Shown here: positions 58,962-64,000 of the stretch, piece after piece
Numbering within the stretch: position 1 is the stretch's first letter
How the letters are laid out: every line of letters begins with the position of its first letter
Assembly: GCF_009914755.1 (NCBI RefSeq)
Contig: NC_060943.1
Length of the DNA stretch: 64,000 nucleotides
Direction: 5' to 3' (one strand)
DNA from: the human T2T-CHM13v2.0 reference genome, Homo sapiens
Translations under genes and position numbers: made by a program
The notes under the pieces: generated by a model
Databases searched by the model: none
What the model was told of the DNA's origin: nothing
Seen by the model: only the letters and a program-made list of their open reading frames with translations

Positions 58962-59857
58962 TTAGCTCCACTTCACAGAGAAGAAACTGAGGCTCAAATC
59001 CCCGTGCTTTACTTGACTTTTTCCTTCCTTCCAGCCACATTCCCAGCACTTCCTAGCTGGGAGATATTAGATACTTGGCACTGAGGAACCAAGTGGGCAG
59101 GTCAGACCCCAGCTTTGTCTGCAGGGCACTTATGTTGTAGGAACTGCATAAGCCATCAGCAGGCCATAGAAACAGGCCGGTTCGGGTTCAAATCCCAGCT
59201 CTGCCACTTCCTGGGTGCATGACGTAGGCAAGTCATTTCTCTTCTCAAGCGAGGTGTCCTCTCTGTAAAGTGGGTAACATCTCACTGCCCTTCCTGGGTT
59301 GTTGCAAGGATTAAATGAGTGACCTCCTGCAATGCATGTAGAAGCATGCATGGCCCCCAGGTGAGATCCAGGAGCTAAGCAATGATCCACATTGGTGGGT
59401 ACAGGGTGCACCTGGGCTTAGAGGCCTTCTGTGCACAGGGGCCAACAAGTCAGGTGACAACTCCATAGGACTGGACATGGCATCCCACCAAATATTTTCA
59501 TATATGCAATTTACTAATAAGGGTAATTGCTATCCTAAGTCACGTTGCCTGGCAACACAGCTGACACCTACCTTCATCAGGTTTCCAGGGGAAGCAGCCA
59601 GAAAGTTAATTTCCCATACAGAAGAACATCTGCTAACCCTTCACCCAAATAATAACGGAACCTGCTTGTGAGGGTTCTTCCCAAGAAAAAATGAAATTTT
59701 ATATATTAGGTTGAGCCAGGGGAATTGCCAGTATACGACTGTTTCTTGCCTCCAAATATTAGCAATTCCATAAGATTCAAAGTGATAAAATGGTTTAGAA
59801 CAGACCCTGACCTATATTAAGTGCTTTAAAATTAGTGTTATTAATATTGATTAATAA

Positions 59858-60165
<308 letters not shown>

Positions 60166-60289
60166 TAGGCTAATTTGTTGTATTTTTAGTAGAGACAGGG
60201 TTTCACCATGTTAGCCAGGCTGGTCTCGATCTCCTGACCTTATGACCTGCCTGCCTCTGCCTCCCAAAGTGCTAGGATTACCAGCGTGA

Positions 60290-60625
<336 letters not shown>

Positions 60626-61332
60626 TAGTAGAGATGGGGTTTCACCAAGTTGGCCAGGCTGGTCTTGAACTCCTGTCCTCAAGGGATCCACCCACCTCGG
60701 CCTCTCAAAGTGCTGGATTACAGGCATGAGCTGACGCACACTGTTATTATTTATTTATTTTTAAGACAAAGTCTCACTCTGTCGCCCAGGTCTGGAACTC
60801 CTGACCTCAGGTGATCCATCTGCCTCAGCCTCCCAAAATGCTGGGGTTACAGGCATGAGCCACCAAGCCCAGCCCACACACTGGTATTCTTAACAGTATT
60901 GCTTAAACTGCAGGATGGCTTGAGCCTGGGAGGCAGATCGTGTCACTGCACTCTGGCCTGGGTGACAGAGCCAGACCCTATCTCAAAAAAAAAAAAAAAA
61001 AGGAAAAAAGAACCTAAGTTCTGAAAACAGAGTACCTGGGTTCAAATCCCAGCTCTGCCACATACTAGCTGGTTAAACAACTTAACCTCTCTTGGTGTTT
61101 TTGCCTATAACATGGAAACAAGAACCTAGCTCACAGATTTGTTGCAAAGACAAATCAGTAAGCCAATCAGCATGAAGCATTTGTAACCATGCCTTGCACA
61201 CTATAATGACTCAATAAAACCATTGTTATTATTATTGCTATTGTTAATGTTATTATTATTATTATTGTAAAGTCATTAAAAATGAGGCAACTGTAAATGT
61301 ATCAATGTAAAACAATCTCCAAGATAGAGTTA

Positions 61333-61702
<370 letters not shown>

Positions 61703-62198
61703 CTATCTCTACAAATTGGACCCATGCGCGGTGGCTCATGCCTGTAATCCCAGCAATTTGGGAGGCTAAAACAAGAGGACCATTTGAGCCTAAGGGTTCA
61801 AGACCAGCTTGGGCAAAAGGAAGACCCCAACTCTACAAAAATAACTTCAAAAATCAGCTGTGTATGGTGGTGTGTGGTGCATGCCTGTGGTCCCAGCTAC
61901 TCAAGGAGGATCACCTGAGCCTGGGAGGTTGAGGCTGCAGTGAGCTGTGATCCCACCATTGCACTCTAGCCTGGGCAACAGAGTGAGACTCTGTCAAAAA
62001 AAAAAAGCTAGAAGAGGACTTGAAATGTTCTCAACACAGAGAAATGATAAATACTTGAGGTGATAGATACCCCAATACCCTGACTTATTACACATTCTAT
62101 GCATGTAATAGCATATGTACCCCATAAATATGTCCCAAATATATCATTTTTAAAAAGAAAAGCCAACTAGTAGCTAATATACACATTTTTCAGAAGGA

Positions 62199-62400
62199 CA
62201 GGTTGAATATCCCTTCTCCAAAATACTTGGGACCAGAAGGGTTTCAGATTTGGGATTTTTTTTCAGATTTTGGAATATTTGGGTTGAGCATCCCTAACCT
62301 AAAACTCTGAAACCCAAACTGCTCCAATGTGCATTTCCTTGGAGTATCATGTAGGCACTCAAAGAGTTTCAGATTTTTGAGCATTTTGGATTAGGGATTT
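62199..62400. mobile_element. Tigger4/MER46-type DNA transposon relic
   Basis: CAGGTTGAATATCCC...TTTCAGATTTTGGAATATTTG...GGTTGAGCATCCCTAA. Confidence 0.65.
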
Positions 62401-62463
62401 TTTTTGTTTGTTTTTTGAGACAAAGTCTCACTCTGTCGCCTAGGCTGGAGTACAGTGGCATAA

Positions 62464-62682
<219 letters not shown>

Positions 62683-62935
62683 TAACTATAAATGAGCTGC
62701 CCCCCCACCACCCCCGCAGTTTTAAGGAAGTCTAGAAGGATTCTCAAAACACAAGTAGCTGCGTTACTTCTGAGAAGGGGAGACCTTATTAAAATATGCT
62801 GTTTGGTTGCTTTTAAAATCTACTCCTGGGTGCACATGTTCCCATTTCGCCAGGGCAGGGGTGGGTGTTACACAGAAAAAAAATAACAATAATAAAGCTG
62901 GAGTCATAGGAATAACCCTTGGCCAACCTTCCCTA

Positions 62936-63763
<828 letters not shown>

Positions 63764-63766
63764 CTA

Positions 63767-64000
<234 letters not shown>

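Overview
Human (primate) genomic DNA, very rich in Alu repeats. From the recognised genes it lies at chr19q13.31, just distal to TEX101, which is not in the window. It holds two minus-strand genes whose exons I traced through GT-AG junctions and phases. LYPD3/C4.4A is complete (5 coding exons, 1041 nt, 346 aa; GPI-anchored protein with two LU domains; about 29.1-33.9 kb). PHLDB3 is present as its 3' ten coding exons (coiled-coil region to the PH domain; 43.45 kb to the window edge). The rest is intergenic or intronic and filled with Alus, LTR relics (LTR13A, MER4A, two MSTA/THE1-type, MER66, MLT1), old L1/MIR fragments, DNA-transposon relics and chr19-type MSR1 minisatellites. Nearly all ORF-track entries are Alu or simple-repeat artefacts. 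The most unusual item is a 305-bp segment (15769-16073) that splits one TSD-bounded AluJ. It has no recognisable repeat origin, no poly(A) or clear TSD, U-rich codon-like periodicity and several stem-loops, so it is a candidate captured foreign (possibly non-retroviral viral) coding fragment. Other points of note: an LTR13A solo LTR without matching TSDs, a near-consensus AluYa5, an in-frame stop-free PHLDB3 intron, a frame-closed 336-nt PHLDB3 exon block between inverted Alus, a direct duplication bracketing the PH-domain exon, and motif arrays in LYPD3 introns. Repeat subfamily names come from recalled consensus sequences and need confirming with Dfam/RepeatMasker.
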